From: Trichoplax sp. H2
Taxonomy: Eukaryota
Reading direction: 5' to 3'
Length of the DNA: 64,000 nucleotides
Assembly: GCA_003344405.1 (NCBI GenBank)
Contig: NOWV01000002.1
Span: 682,001-746,000 of the forward strand
Shown: positions 29,202 to 43,500 of the stretch, in pieces
Layout: every line of letters begins with the position of its first letter
Position numbering within the stretch: position 1 is the stretch's first letter
Notes under the pieces: model-generated
The model's database searches: none
What the model was told of the DNA's origin: nothing
The model's input: only the letters and a program-made list of their open reading frames with translations
Program-made: the position numbers and the translations under genes

Positions 29202-30307
29202 TCAACGATTATCTTATGCCGTTCCATGTAAAGGAAAAATGAAAATCGTCGTATGATTATGCTATCAGCATACGGCAACGTAACGACAGAAACTATAGCC
29301 AATTACATATCGCAAGATATTACTCTAATTTAGGACTCTGCTGATGAGCCAAATTATAAATGTACTCAAAGAGAACATTATAAGAAGCGTGTTGTAATTT
29401 AGTAATGGTTATTGTAACTTAGCACGTTTACTTGGTATTGCAACGAGTACTTAATACCAGGCACTGTGTGCCATAAAGGAGTTCTTACATATCGATTTTA
29501 GGCAACTTTAGTGATTAATGTTTGTTTCTTACATCGCTATCTATTTGGATAGGAAGGAATAAAACAGTTTAAAAGAACGCATCAGGATGCTACTCGATGC
29601 CAAGGTCTTAACTAGAGTACCGTAGCGTGAAGCTAAAAGATATATATATATACTAGAGCGAAACGATAACAGTATGAAATAAAATTGAAATGTTTAGTTA
29701 CAGCAGGAAAAGAGAGAAAACAGCACGCACTGCGTGTTTATTACTGTCATGTATATTATAGTACCACAGCAGCACTATAAACGAAAATTATATAATTGTA
29801 TACCGTATAATTAACTAAAATAATAAGAAGAAGAATTTGCTGTATCTGTCCAGATTACAGGAAAGCAACGTTTGAAAATTGAATTTGTCTATATGTTATC
29901 ATGATCAGAATACAGTATTCTAAAATAAGTGCAGTAATAAGCGTATATGCGATAATCGGATACCGGTAAGTCATATGCATATAATATACTCAGTACGAAG
30001 AGACAGTGATGATAATGTAAAGTAAAAAGGACAAATACATGCATATCCAGTCTATATCGTGTACGCGAAGCACTGTATAACGAGCGTGGCTTCTACCAGT
30101 GTCAATGATTATATCATACCGTTCCATATGAGGGAAAAATGGAAATCGTTATATGATCTTACTATCAATATATAAGGCAACGCAATAACAGGAGCTTTTG
30201 CCTATCACATACTGTATATCGCAAGATACTACTCTAATTTAGGATTGTTCTGATGTACAGTTCTGTGCTGCATATAAATGTACCCAAAAGAGAGCACTAT
30301 AAGAAGC
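29202..30307 (+). pseudogene. Two diverged copies (29202-29388, 30102-30307) of a degenerate, probably TPR-like coding fragment
   Basis: The copies align over about 190 bp. Translations DYLMPFHVKEK*KSSYD / DYIIPFHMREKWKSLYD and IARYYSNLGL..., with stops and frameshifts, resemble a TPR helix A motif (A..Y.NLG). The duplication is certain; the TPR identity is inferred. Confidence 0.5.
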
Positions 30308-30429
30308 TGCACCATATAGGAAATGAAATGGAGATACTGTACGTAGATGTTTAGCTACAGAAGCACAACTTCTAATCCTGCAGTCTGTCCGTGGCATCGC
30401 TGAGCAGGTTCAGAAATCAACGGTGTGTG

Positions 30430-30466
30430 GTATCTAGGTAACCCGCAGCGACTGTATCTAGGCAAC
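30430..30466. promoter_or_regulatory. Tandem RFX X-box-like motifs
   Basis: GTATCTAGGTAAC (30430-30442) and GTATCTAGGCAAC (30454-30466), each with a canonical RGYAAC half-site, about 480 bp upstream of a ciliary gene ATG. Confidence 0.7.
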
Positions 30467-30937
30467 AACAACATCGTCAATACAGTTCGCTGACCATCCA
30501 TTAACGAATAAGAGCTAATGAATTACTACTATATTCTACAAAGCTGTTTAGCTACTCGAGTATAAGTTGACAACTCAATAGTAATATCATCATTTCTACA
30601 CTTTTGAAAAGTTCTAGTCAACACGTATATAAGATAATTCAGTATAGTTGCAGATTAGAATCATTTTGGTATAGGTATTTGGCAACTATCTATCAGTGAG
30701 CATTCAGCAGAGGAGCAAGACTAAATTGAAAAGATTTAATTTTCCCGAGAATAGATTGAAGTAGCTATTCCGGATTTTTGATTTCATTATTACCAAACAC
30801 AAGAATAACAAAATAGGAAAAAGTCTATCACATTCTCCGTTGAAATAGAAAATATTCATCAATTAATCGAAGCAACGTCTTTAATTCCTTCTTGCTATTT
30901 CTAAAATTAATCAATTAACTCTCAACCCTATAACAAA

Positions 30938-33900
30938 ATGCACCGAAGCTATCAATCGATTAATCCTTCTTCTAGTAAGATACTACAAAAACGTTGGGAC
31001 GAAAGTAGTTACGACATTCATCGAAGGAAAGTAAGTATCATTTTATAATAAACTTAAATCTCATAAAAAATCCTAGTACTTGAAATCGTTTGAACTTTAA
31101 TCCATCAACACATGATCTAGATCCAACGTTATACTATGTAAGGGATGGATTCTTTCACTTCGGTGTAATACAACTTTTATGTCATATTTTTTTCTATATC
31201 CTTATAATTTAGAATATACATGTAGCTAAAAGTCCAGTTATTTACCGTCCATTTTAGTACAACACAAAGACTTCATTCTAATACACAGTAGACAAATAGG
31301 CGCACTAATATTAATTAACAAGCCTTCATTACCCATTTAATTAACTGGTTAACTATTCTTTTCTCTAAAATTTGATTTACTTTCCATATTTCTTGGCTCT
31401 CAAACTACACACTAGTTATAATTTTGAGCTAGTTGGTGAAAATAAAATTTTTCTGCATTTGATGATTCCAATAAATAATCAATCGCTATTACATAAGAAT
31501 ATAGAGAATGAATTTAATCATCCGTTTCCACCTTTATAAATATAATCTATTTGTACAGTTAAATACAGTATAACATATTTGGCGTAAAGAAATATAGCCA
31601 CTCAACTGTTAAATCATATTAATGAGTACTGATAGCGCTAATACATTAGCTACCAAGTAAACATGTCGATCGATGATCAGTAATAAAGCATTACAATGAT
31701 ATCATTAATGTATGCCCCAACTTTTTAACAACATACTGATAAACAATCTTATGATTGATTAAAGAATCACATCATTTTACCTCAAAATCATACTCTAAAA
31801 TCAGTTTTTCAATGATACTTCTAGTTGATCATTAACGAAATATATAAATCAACCATCCTGTTTAGCAATGAATAACGTTTTACCAATTAGTTCCACTTAT
31901 TGCGAGATGGAAAATTATAAACTGCAACCCCCAAGTAAAAAGCTCAAATAAAAAAATCTTAAGATTGATATAAAATCATACTCGTTTCGTAGTTGCTTAT
32001 CAAAACAGATTGACCATAAGTACAGTAGTAAATTTTGATAAAAGGATCTCGTTTTAATGATAAACTTCCAATGCAACTAGATTAGAAGCTACAGCATCTA
32101 AATATAGTTGCTAAAGTTTATAGTTTGAAAGTAATAAAATCCAAATTCTGTAGAGCGTAAGAAAATAAATCTTAACTGATAATATCTTCCTAAATAGCTT
32201 CATTTTCAACAAGACTCCAACCTATTTCATCTATTTGAAATAGTTTAATTCCCTTCAAATTTGAATTTGTTTCTATGAAAATATTTTCTAATTCCATATC
32301 TATTAATGCAACAATTCAGCATTTCTAGATACAGATAAACTACCATATAAATATAATCATATATCGCGAAATTGAAAAGTTTAAAATAATGTCTAATATT
32401 TAGAGTTATCGTAAGATCTGTTTCTTTGACCTTTGTCAATCTAATCAGTAGTTGGATGATTATTGCCTTTCGACGTATAGAGAGAGATAAATGGCAATAG
32501 TAGTATTCAACTCAAAACGCAGTATTAATGGAAGTGAAGTGTGTTTAAGTTTTCGTCAGTACGCCCATATATACTCTTTAAATTCCCCTTTCTTTCTCAA
32601 TAAAATATTAATTAACTATCATAACGAGAAATAATAATGCTATAACATGATTTTATGACTTGAATAGATTAAAAATCTAGCATTGTACGGTTGATTGCAA
32701 TTTCAACAATAAAGTGAAAAAAGTACCTGAATTATTATTACAGTTATTAATATTTTATTGAAAACCATTTAAGTTCTATATTTTCAAAGTTACCCTTGTT
32801 ATAGTATGTATAAAACAAAAAATTCAAATTAATCTAATAAAACTCTTTGCATTTTGCTTTTTACATGCATTCCAATATTTAGTTGCAGAAAGCAAAATCT
32901 GTTGTAAATAACAAGCCTCCGCAAACATACATGCATTTACATACCAAATTGAAAAAAATCCAAACAGAAGAAGAGCGTTTAGCTGAAATCGAAAAAGACA
33001 ATCGTTTATTGCTAGAGAAGATGTCTGGTATTATGAGAACCAGAGGAAGAATCGATAACGTCAATAGTTATGATCATAAAAGGTAACTAAAAGAGAGGAA
33101 GGCCAACATATTTTATTTCGTGTTGTTTACGTTTGGAAATAGTTTATAGTAATATACTTATTAGTAAAATATGTCTAATCATTATTTCATAACCAAGCAA
33201 ATACAAGTTCTAGTACCCCTTGGTAAGAATACTTTCATTATTTTATTGCACAGCATGGAAGACTGCATAAAGACTCAACAATATTATGCCATAGTATAAT
33301 TGAAATGTATAAAATTATTCTCATATTGTAACAGCAACTTCGTTTGCATCCGCACTCGCAACATATTATTAAACAACGTAAAACTGTCCAGGCTTATTAA
33401 ACAGTTGCAACTTAAGTGTTTAATATAACTTAGTGATGCGTAACAAGAATATATTCATAGTACTAAAGATGGTGATAGATGTTTATAGACGATAAAAAAA
33501 ATGTTTCTGGAATATTAGTAATTATTTTAGTCTATTACTAAAATGTAGTGAAAAGTAGTATTGCGTTGAATACGTATTAATATCAATTAATAATTCCATT
33601 TTAGCTTGAACAAAATAAAAAGACAACGTGATATGTTGCGTGTTACGAGTGAAAACCAGCAGATATTAAAGAGAATATCTGCTAAAGAACCGCACTATAA
33701 GCATCAAGCTTGGGTAAGATTTTGTTTCTTTATATTTTATGAAACAGCATCTAATTTTAGTTTTTTCGTAATCGAGTATTCCATTACTAGATACAATTAT
33801 AGCAATAAAATCATCTAACTTTAGTTACTTCTTGAGATAAAGTATTCTGCTACTTTCATAGTACGAGATGTAGCAAAATAAATATAATATACAACAAGTT

Positions 33901-34716
33901 TAACGTTGCAGTAATTTGCAATATGCATTTATAGTCTACCATGCAGATGCAAAGCAAAGTTCTATTTTTACTGATAATTGATAAATGCACACTATGCTGT
34001 ATGAACTATAAAATCTTATGCAGCTATAAGCCTCTTATGATAAAGACCGGTGCGTTAAAGCATTCTCTAATGCTTGTTAAACCTTCGAATGAAATATTCT
34101 ATTACTATACTAGGATGATGACTGGAGGAAAAACCAACAATTTATGGAAAATATAACTCGATTTCCTAAGGATGTATTAGCGCAGCAAGTGGCTAAAGGC
34201 AAGCGCACAAATAAGAAAGATCCATCAGCTTCGGACGAAAGCCCGTCAAAATCAGATGATGATAGTCATGATGATGACAAAAGCAAAGTAACTGAACCAG
34301 CTGACAGTAGCAATGCAGCCGATCAAGATGCTAGTAAAGCTGCTCAAGATGAAGAAATTAATGAAGCTATTACTGAAGATCAAAATGCAACTCAAGACCA
34401 GCAGGAGAAATCCTTAGAAAAGCCTAAAACCCCTGAAGTGTCCGCTGAAGCTGAGGAAGCGACACCAGTAATATCAACAGAATCAGATGCCAACGCTACG
34501 ATTACTGCAAATGCTACAGAAAGTAGTGATAAGAGTCAAGAAAAGAAAGCTTCTACTCCAACTACAGAAGAGTTTCGGCCTAAAAGTTCAGCATCGGCCA
34601 AATCAGTTAAATCAGCTAGTTCTGCTAAATCCATTAAATCTGCAAGCTCTGTAAAATCAGCAAAATCAGCTGCTTCAAGATCCAGTCGTTCTAGTAAGTC
34701 AAGCCACGATGATTAA
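30938..34716 (+). CDS. CFAP97D2: CFAP97-domain (KIAA1430/Hemingway family) ciliary protein, CFAP97D2-like, with acidic and S/K/A-rich tail
   Basis: Exons 30938-31030 (MHRSYQSINPSSSKILQKRWDESSYDIHRRK), 32883-33082 (KPPQTYMHLHTKLKKIQTEEERLAEIEKDNRLLLEKM), 33605-33713 (RVTSENQQILKRI) and 34114-34716. All phases are compatible. Confidence 0.85.
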
Positions 34717-37586
34717 GTATTGCGTGATTTTCCTCCACGACTTTACTGGATATCTTTAAAGTTACCTTATAAAGGATTTGGCAAATGTTTATACGATACT
34801 ATTTTCCTTTTGCTATCACCATGAAAAAAATACTAGTGATAAATCTAGTTGTCTCAACCAATAGAATCGTAACGATTAATATTTGCATGATTATTTATCA
34901 TTACGATCGCTTTTAAATTACTTGACGACAGTATCTTTTTGCTACTCTGGATAGATTAAGAATTATTCTGTTTTACTTTTACAACGATAAATATGCATCT
35001 TATATTTAATAACTAATTCTGAAACAAATTTTTCAGGACAAATTAAGGCCTGATGTCTAGAACTACGGTGTATTAAGACTAATCATTTGCTACCCGTATA
35101 AAACAAGATATCACCTTTATTATAGAATCTTAATGATAATAAATACAATTTTAAGTTCTAAAGTAACTTACTGTAAGCGTTTTACAACTTCTAAATAATT
35201 TTTGCTACTATAATAACTCAAACCAGAATTATAAATAAAATACAGTGAACGGTAATATAGATTCTTCTGCAATAATTAGCATTCTTATTAGCATATTTTT
35301 ACTATGATCATTTCTATTAATTATCATCACATTTAGATTGGTATAGAGATTATGACCAGTTTCTTACGTTGTTAGGTTAATATTTACCAGTTGTTAATCA
35401 GTTGCATTTAAATAATTGAAGATTAATATCTGTTATTGTATATTTATTCATGTTATCAGGAAAAAATCAAAATAAAAAGATTATTTAAAATTTGAACTTT
35501 AAAGTTTAATTAATTCAGTATCATCTCAATATTTCGGTCACACGCACACATTTGTATTCAGTTATAAAAAAAGATTATATCTATTTCTCTAATAATATTT
35601 TGGATTTAAATCAATTTTATACGTGACTCCCTATCATTATCCCGTGTATTGCATAAATATCTAAAAGAGGACTGAAGTACTGTGTAATAAGCACAAAAGG
35701 CTACTTCAGTCTCTGGCACCTCTTTCAAACGTAGGAATTGTAGTAATTAGTTAAGATGAAGAATTGGCTGTTCTTCTGCATGCATATTTCATCAAAATTG
35801 CTACTAGTGGAAAAAGGTCTATCTGGAATAAAGTCTTTTCGGAAACATCGGTGTTGAAATGTCACCACTAAATATTTATAGATAGCGCACAAAGCAAGAT
35901 AGTTAATATGTTCGCATTGCGCGCTTCCGAGTATCGCAATCTGCATTTTATAGTACGGATGGAAATTTGGTAACAAATTTGGTATTCCTTGTTATGTGAG
36001 AATTTTACCTTTTTAATGATAATTCCAATAATACTTTTTTAATATACTATATATAAACTATACGCAAAGGACAGTATTTTGTAAAGTAGAATTTTTCTAA
36101 AAAAATGTAACGAACTTTCACTATTAATTTTACGTCTGGTAGCTGTAGTTTGCTTTAGAAGATAAAAACAGCTCAAACAAGAGTTTTGAAAAATATCTAG
36201 CTGTTTTGATTTTAAATTCTTTACTATTACAAATCAATCAATAATAAATATCCCTATATGCTAACAATGTGTATTGTAGCTGTTCTATAATTCTTTTATA
36301 AAAATTTGACAGCCAGATACGTATGAGGAAAAATTCTTGGATTTTATGTCATACTGTAGACCACAGTATTCTTATGGAAAATACTAATTTCCGGTAGCAG
36401 AGCCATCTGAGATGATAACTATTTTATAAGGTAGTTAAGTTTATTTTATTACCAGCTAGATTTAGAATGACATTGCAATAAATTATTTTAAAATAAACGA
36501 TGCTTATTTTTAAAAGAGGAAAACTGAAATAATTCTGATATTAAAATAAAAATAACGACAGAAGAAAAGTCTATACATGTTCTTATTGAAACATTAGAAG
36601 TAAAAGACATAAATTAGAGTAATAATAATTATTGATGCTTAGACATAATTATTGAATATATCTAATAAGATTATTCTACTCAAATTATCATCAATTATTC
36701 ATTGTGAGTTAGAATTTAGCAGTGAGATTAATTGTTACTAGATAGTAATAAATTACAGCAGCTAAAATATTTAGCGATAAATATAGTTAGTAGTTTATAG
36801 CTTTAATGAAATTTATAGAGACAGTTTTATCACAGCACAATACTTTGATTAGACATATTCAATATACATTACATCCTTATCATAAAGAATATCATATGAG
36901 AATCGTTGGTCTATCTCTTTCTAATCACAATATATTGTCTTCGTTATTAAAGGTAGCCCTTAGTACTACTTATAGAGAAATTATTATAGTCCAAGTACTC
37001 TTTACTGTTATCACTTGTCGCAGGTAAAAGACAAATTTTTGTACAAGTTGGTATAATGTTATTTTACATTGGATAAAATTCTAATACAAATTCTGATATT
37101 AGAATTATATATGGTTACTACCTATACTACTTCATTAACTCCGTATTTATATTCTCTTAGAAGTGTATTTGATAATTTATATTGCCATAAATAATGATGA
37201 GTAAGCTAAATGCTATAAAGTAATTACTAACCTTAGGAAATTTGATCAATTTAATGACTGCATTATAATAATACATCCTACTATTTTGCAGAGCGAATAA
37301 TTTTTACCTATCCGTTAACACACGTTTCAAGTGGTTGATCCATAATATCATTAGTAAATTTATGTTAAGATTGAAGACTTGAAATAAACTTATTGTGGAT
37401 AATTAGTCATCCCAATGTCAAAACAGAAATCGATGAAATCTTGTAAATTGTTATTTATCTTCATTAGTTATAGAATCCAATAGAAGAATTAAAAATTAAA
37501 ATGTATTACGAAGAGAATCCAACGTAGCGATTGAATTAAAACTAGATGGGTAGAGACAATGAAAGGAAGTATAAAGACTGAAGTTC

Positions 37587-40500
37587 TTATACTATATTGT
37601 CTGCAATCCATTCATCAGGGTCGTAATAGTTATCATTAGGATCGTCAATTTCTACTTTAGGTAATTCTTTATTAGAGCCAACATAACCCTTAAGCCAGTA
37701 AGTAATGACATTGCCCTTTCCCTAATGAGATAGAAAAAAAATTAAAAATCGTGACTTATATCAAAAATTTTGCCAACTCAAGGTAATAAGAATAGCTTTA
37801 TCGATGGAATTATAAGTTCTGTGACCTAGACCGTACTGACTATAACTCTGCTTATTTGAATTGATAACATTACAAGGTTAAGTATATTTTCAATTTGTTC
37901 AGTAATAGTCCAATAAGGCATTAGGCGATTATAACTGATCATCAAGATAGGTTGGTTTACCTTAATAAAGATGGAACCTCTTTCCTTTAATTTAAATCCA
38001 CCGATCTCCTCTAACACATTTCGGCAGGCTTGACTTACATGAATGCGTAACGCTAAATATATGAGAATTTGAAAAGATCACGAGGCTAATATTAATTTTA
38101 TGAACTAAAATAATGTTCCTAACTGTTGAGAGATTCAATATTAATTTTCAAAATTTTCATTTTATTACGTTTTCCGTTTGATTCCATTCGCGATGCAACA
38201 TTAACGGTATCCCCAAATAAACAATAACGTGGCATTTTCAAACCAACAACCCCTGCTGCACATGGACCTAAGAGCGTGAGGGTATATTTTATAACGGATT
38301 TTAATGAACTCGATAAAGTGATGTATTATTATAATAAGTTGCTATGGAATATAAATTAGTATAATAATCCTACCTGAATGAATTCCAATTCGTAGTTTTA
38401 ATTGTACACCTGGTCTATGTCGAATTGTGAATGTAGTCATAGAACTAAGTAAATCTAACGCCAAACGGGCAATTTCTGATGCATGCTTGATACCATTATT
38501 AACGGGTAAACCAGAAACTACCATATAGGCGTCGCCAATGGTTTCAACCTAGAACGAATATTAAATTTTTTCGTAGTTTTAATAAGAAAGCAATTGGCTA
38601 TAAATTCATAGTGTTCTAAAGCATGATATCAGTACTCGTTTTTTGGGTACATGTCTGAGATTATATCTCAAAGTTCATTCTATAGAAAATGTATCTAGTT
38701 ATGTATCACATACTGTAGATATATGTAAGGACAAAACAATACTCATACCCTATTTTAATTCAAAAAAAGAAGTACTCTATTATAGATAAAGTGTCGACAT
38801 TCTATCATTATTAAATTAATATAAGTAGATGTATATGATCTACACGACAGCATGAAATATAGGAAAGATTTGATGGACAAATATGTATCATATCGAAGAT
38901 CCATAAATTCTTTTAGAATTTATTAATAATTTCAATTTACCTTATAGACATGATAAGAATCTATAATGGCGTCGAATAAAGTATAGAGATCATTCAGTAA
39001 ATCGACCACTTGCATTGGAGTACTTTCAGAGGCCAAATTAGTAAATCCCACTATATCACTGAAAAAGATGGTAACATCATCGAAGCTAACTGCTGTAACT
39101 GTATTGCCAGCCTTTAACTGTTCAGCAACGGATCTAAAAAAATTATTTTAAGTCGGGCATTACATTAAACTTTAAATTACTAATTTTAGTCTATTTTAAT
39201 GTTTACTAGTTGTATTAGAGGTCTTCTTTCATATTTAAATTAGTGCATTATATACCTTGGTAACATTCGGTACAACAATTCGTCGGTTTTTCTTTTTTCA
39301 GCTATCAACTGATGTGTTCTTTCTTCAACTAATTCTTCTAAATGATCAGCATATTTTTCCATCATGGAGATCATTTTATCTACCAAATTCATGGATCTGC
39401 AAAGATTTAATTGCGTAAATTACTATGCGATACAGTCATGTATTGAGAAAATGCCAGTGTTGTGTGCAACAATAAAAGGATGTTGATTAACACCGTGAAA
39501 TATCAAGGTCTTTTGAACACCATCTAATAAAGCATAACTAATTTTAATCTTCGATTAATTTAAATAAAAGGTCTATTCTATAAATTGAAACGTAGAAATA
39601 CATGATTAATGGACATACTTTCCATCTGCAAATGTTCGCAGCTTGTTTTTAATAAGCGAAAATGAAGGTCTCATTTCAGGATTTTCTACCCAACAGTCAT
39701 CCATCAAGGCTAACCATTGACTCCTACCGTCTTCTCCTTTCGTACAGGGGCGAAATGGCGGACTTTCACAGTTCATAATTCGTTCAATAATATCTTTTGG
39801 TGATAAATCGCTGTTACTATATGGCCCATTTCTTGTAAAGATCTCGTAGATAATGATCCCAAAGCTATAGATATCGCCTTTTTGAGTTCCATATGGATTA
39901 TCTTTAAAATTCATATCTCTTAATAATTCAGGTGCTCTCCAAAATAAACCTGTAAATAAGGTATGAATATGAATTACTAATTACTTAAATCAAATTTACT
40001 TAAAAACGATAATAGAAAGATATATGTGTATGATATCGCATGTGGCATTCCATTAAAAAAAACAATAATTAATGTAACCCTAATAGATCTTACGGTTATT
40101 TATGAATATCTCATTCTTAGCTATATATACTCGTTCATATACACGTTGAGCAGTATGCAAAAAGCGAAGATGGCTGTCAGCTATCATACTTTGGGATTGT
40201 GCATGTTCTCCACGATGTAGTGCTATTTGCTCATCATCTTGATTACTTTTAAAAGTCGCTAAACCATAATCCGTAATTTTGCAAACCCAACGGCTATCAA
40301 TAACACAATTAGAGGACTTTAAACTGCCGTGAGATTTAATTGACGAACAGTGTATATAATGCATTCCCTATATGATGGATAGAAGATGATTAATTTATTT
40401 AAGAATGCACGGATACTATCGATATTCTTAGGCTATTTTATTACCTTTGCAATATCCATAGCAAATGATAATTTGAAAGTATCATCTAATTTGATATCGT

Positions 40501-43500
40501 CATTTTCTAAAACATCCTATACGCGTACAATGATATTAATAAATTTATTTTAATATGTGTCTATCAGAATTCCACAGTGCAAATTTTTACTATTCTTATA
40601 TTTATACCTGTAAGCTTCCTTTATTGCAATATTGTGTAACTATACATATATTTGGGACTTCAATACAAGCTCCAACAAACGGATTCACATTATCGTGATT
40701 CATATCGCGGACCTGAATATTATTTAAGTTAAAATTTTTAATATAACTGACGGTACTTACTATAGTGTATTGATGCCAAGTTAACGTTTTGGAAGATTAC
40801 AAACAATTTACAATCAACTAACTTGTTTTAATTCTATAAGCAATGCTCGAGAAAGATCGATGTGCTTCTTATGGATCATCTTAATTGCTACAAAATTTCC
40901 CTAAACAATAAAAAATAGATACTCTGAGATTTGATGGACAATCTTATGATTTAATTCATTCAGTTTCAAATCGTCTAATTCCAAATATTAACTGTTTCAA
41001 CAGTAATTCAAAAGTTTAGAATTAATTTTATCAGCTTTCAATTACCCTATATAAACCCATGGAAGTAAAAATTTGCATATCTTCCACATAAGACGCTGAT
41101 CCTATAGATATCGCGTCGGCTTTATTTTTCTGTCGAACTGATACGGCACTACTGGGCCTACTTACTCCTTGCGGCTATTGGAGATATTATCAAGATTATT
41201 GTATGTTACAATGACGTAATTATTGTAAGTAGAGAATTTATACACGGGTATAATTCAGACAGGTCAATTCTTTTAATGCTGAATATGTTGGTGTGGATTT
41301 ATGATAGGGCATCTTACCTTAGTAGAGACCATACTACCAAACATATTTGCTCCAGGTTTTACATTAAATATAATTTCGTTATAATCAATTTTCCATAAGC
41401 TACTTGATAGATCAGCTTCAAAGCGAGATTTTCTAGTTTGTAAACAAAAATTTAACTATTGCATGACATTCTATACGTTTAGTTAAAATGGTTTGAATAG
41501 TTATTTTATATTATAATTATCTTAGAAATTTCTTTCTTTCTAATTTATTTTTTAGTTATACCTCCACAAATAGTAAAATATAGCGCTAAATAGAATGATT
41601 AATGCCGCAACAGAACCTCCAATTGCGCCTCCAAGAACACCTAAGTAGAAGAAGAATTATTTCTAATGATGATAACATTTCTTTAATTTAGTTTAGCTAG
41701 AATTATAAAATCATTCGAGATCGTACTTAAATTGCCTGAACACTTTTCATTTCGCCATCCACAAGGTGGTATGTCTTTAGGTACTACAGTCGTATTTCCA
41801 GGCCATACAACTACTTTACCAGGCGTCATAGAGAAGTTTTGTTGTGCTGAAACATATAATCCAATATCGACATATGCACCATTAATTAAATTCTGTAGGA
41901 CATAATCAGGATCACGATCTCCATTTTGATCAATGACAACTTCTCCAGTAACACCTAAACAAATAAAACCAGTAATAGGGGAATTAATCTTTTTTCATAT
42001 CACCTGAAGGTTTCTAATTTTACTTTACGTAGATTATTCTTTCTGCTCATTTATCAATTCAAGAGAAAGCGGTAAAAATTCGTGCAGTATCTTAGATTTT
42101 TTTATTTCAGTATACAGTTTATCATAAAACATTACCTGTAAACGTTCGATTAAACATTTTTCTTGTAACTGTTAAACCATCAGTGATATTACCACCTTCT
42201 TGTAAAGTATCATTTAAAGCTAATGCATATAGTATGATCGCATCATGTAATGTTCCAGCATAAGTATCGACCTACGTAAAATCAATTTATATTATTAGCC
42301 GAAGCTCTAATTAACAGTATTATCTTGTTATTTATTACAAAATTATAGGCTTTGCAAAGTAAGTTTATTTTCACAGTAAGGGGATAACAAAAAAATATTA
42401 ACCTTTGCGTCTGCTGCTAACGGCTTGTTATATGGTGGAGCAGCAACTCGTCGACGAATATCAGCAGTAAAATTTTTCCATCGTGGTGAATCGGGTGTCC
42501 TTAAATGAACATTTAACATGCCATTATATGCGTCTAGGGCTTCATTATCCCGATTATCAGCGCCCATCCAGGTGTTAGCGCCAATATGAGAATCGATATT
42601 TAGTTCAACAGCAATAAAGGCGTAATCCCCATTTAACAATCCAAGATCTTTGGCATTTAACATAATTTCGCGTATATCGCCGCCATAAGCACATAATACA
42701 AAAACTGGTCAAAGTCAAGATAAAAATAGATGTGTTGATTTGTTATTCATCGATTGGTTATCATTCACATATATATGACAAGTTCTAATTTTATAATCAG
42801 TTGTGTAATTCATTTATAAGATTAATAAATGCTATCATACTTAATACAATGATTTTTCCATTAACGTTAACAGACTACTGAATGGTAATTTGCAGTATCT
42901 AGATGGTACGGTACACTTAAACTCATTGTAAATTTTTAGACTACTTTGAAGACAAACAGTTGCCCGAACTATTGAAATGAAATAGCTAACTTGTTACTGA
43001 TTACTTATCAAATTGATTTGTCCCACATTAGAATGATATCTTTTACGTTGGGAGTAAACAGATTAATAATCTATAATTTGCGTAATGCATACTCCAGACC
43101 GTATACAGTAGACAGTCGACAGTTAACTAGTCATCTATAATGGCCATTTAAGACATGATAGCGCGAAAACAGGTTATTTATCGAAATGAAAAGTGTGATC
43201 CCTTCTTGCTTTTATCAAAATAAATCGTTTTAAAATTAAACTACATTCAGAATATTTAAAGCAAAAGCGATTAAAATAGATTGTCATCAAGCTATTTAGT
43301 CTACATAAATACCTAATAGAAAATAAAATATTTTAAATCCCATCTTATGTAGAAGTTATTATGATAGTGACCGATTTCGTACTGTGATTCATGTATCATT
43401 AGTAATTCACATATTAGGAGTAAAATTGTTTCCGATTGCTAAATAAAATGATTTATCTAAGACATAAGAAATAAGTGTTGAGTACTTGCTCCTATTTCCT

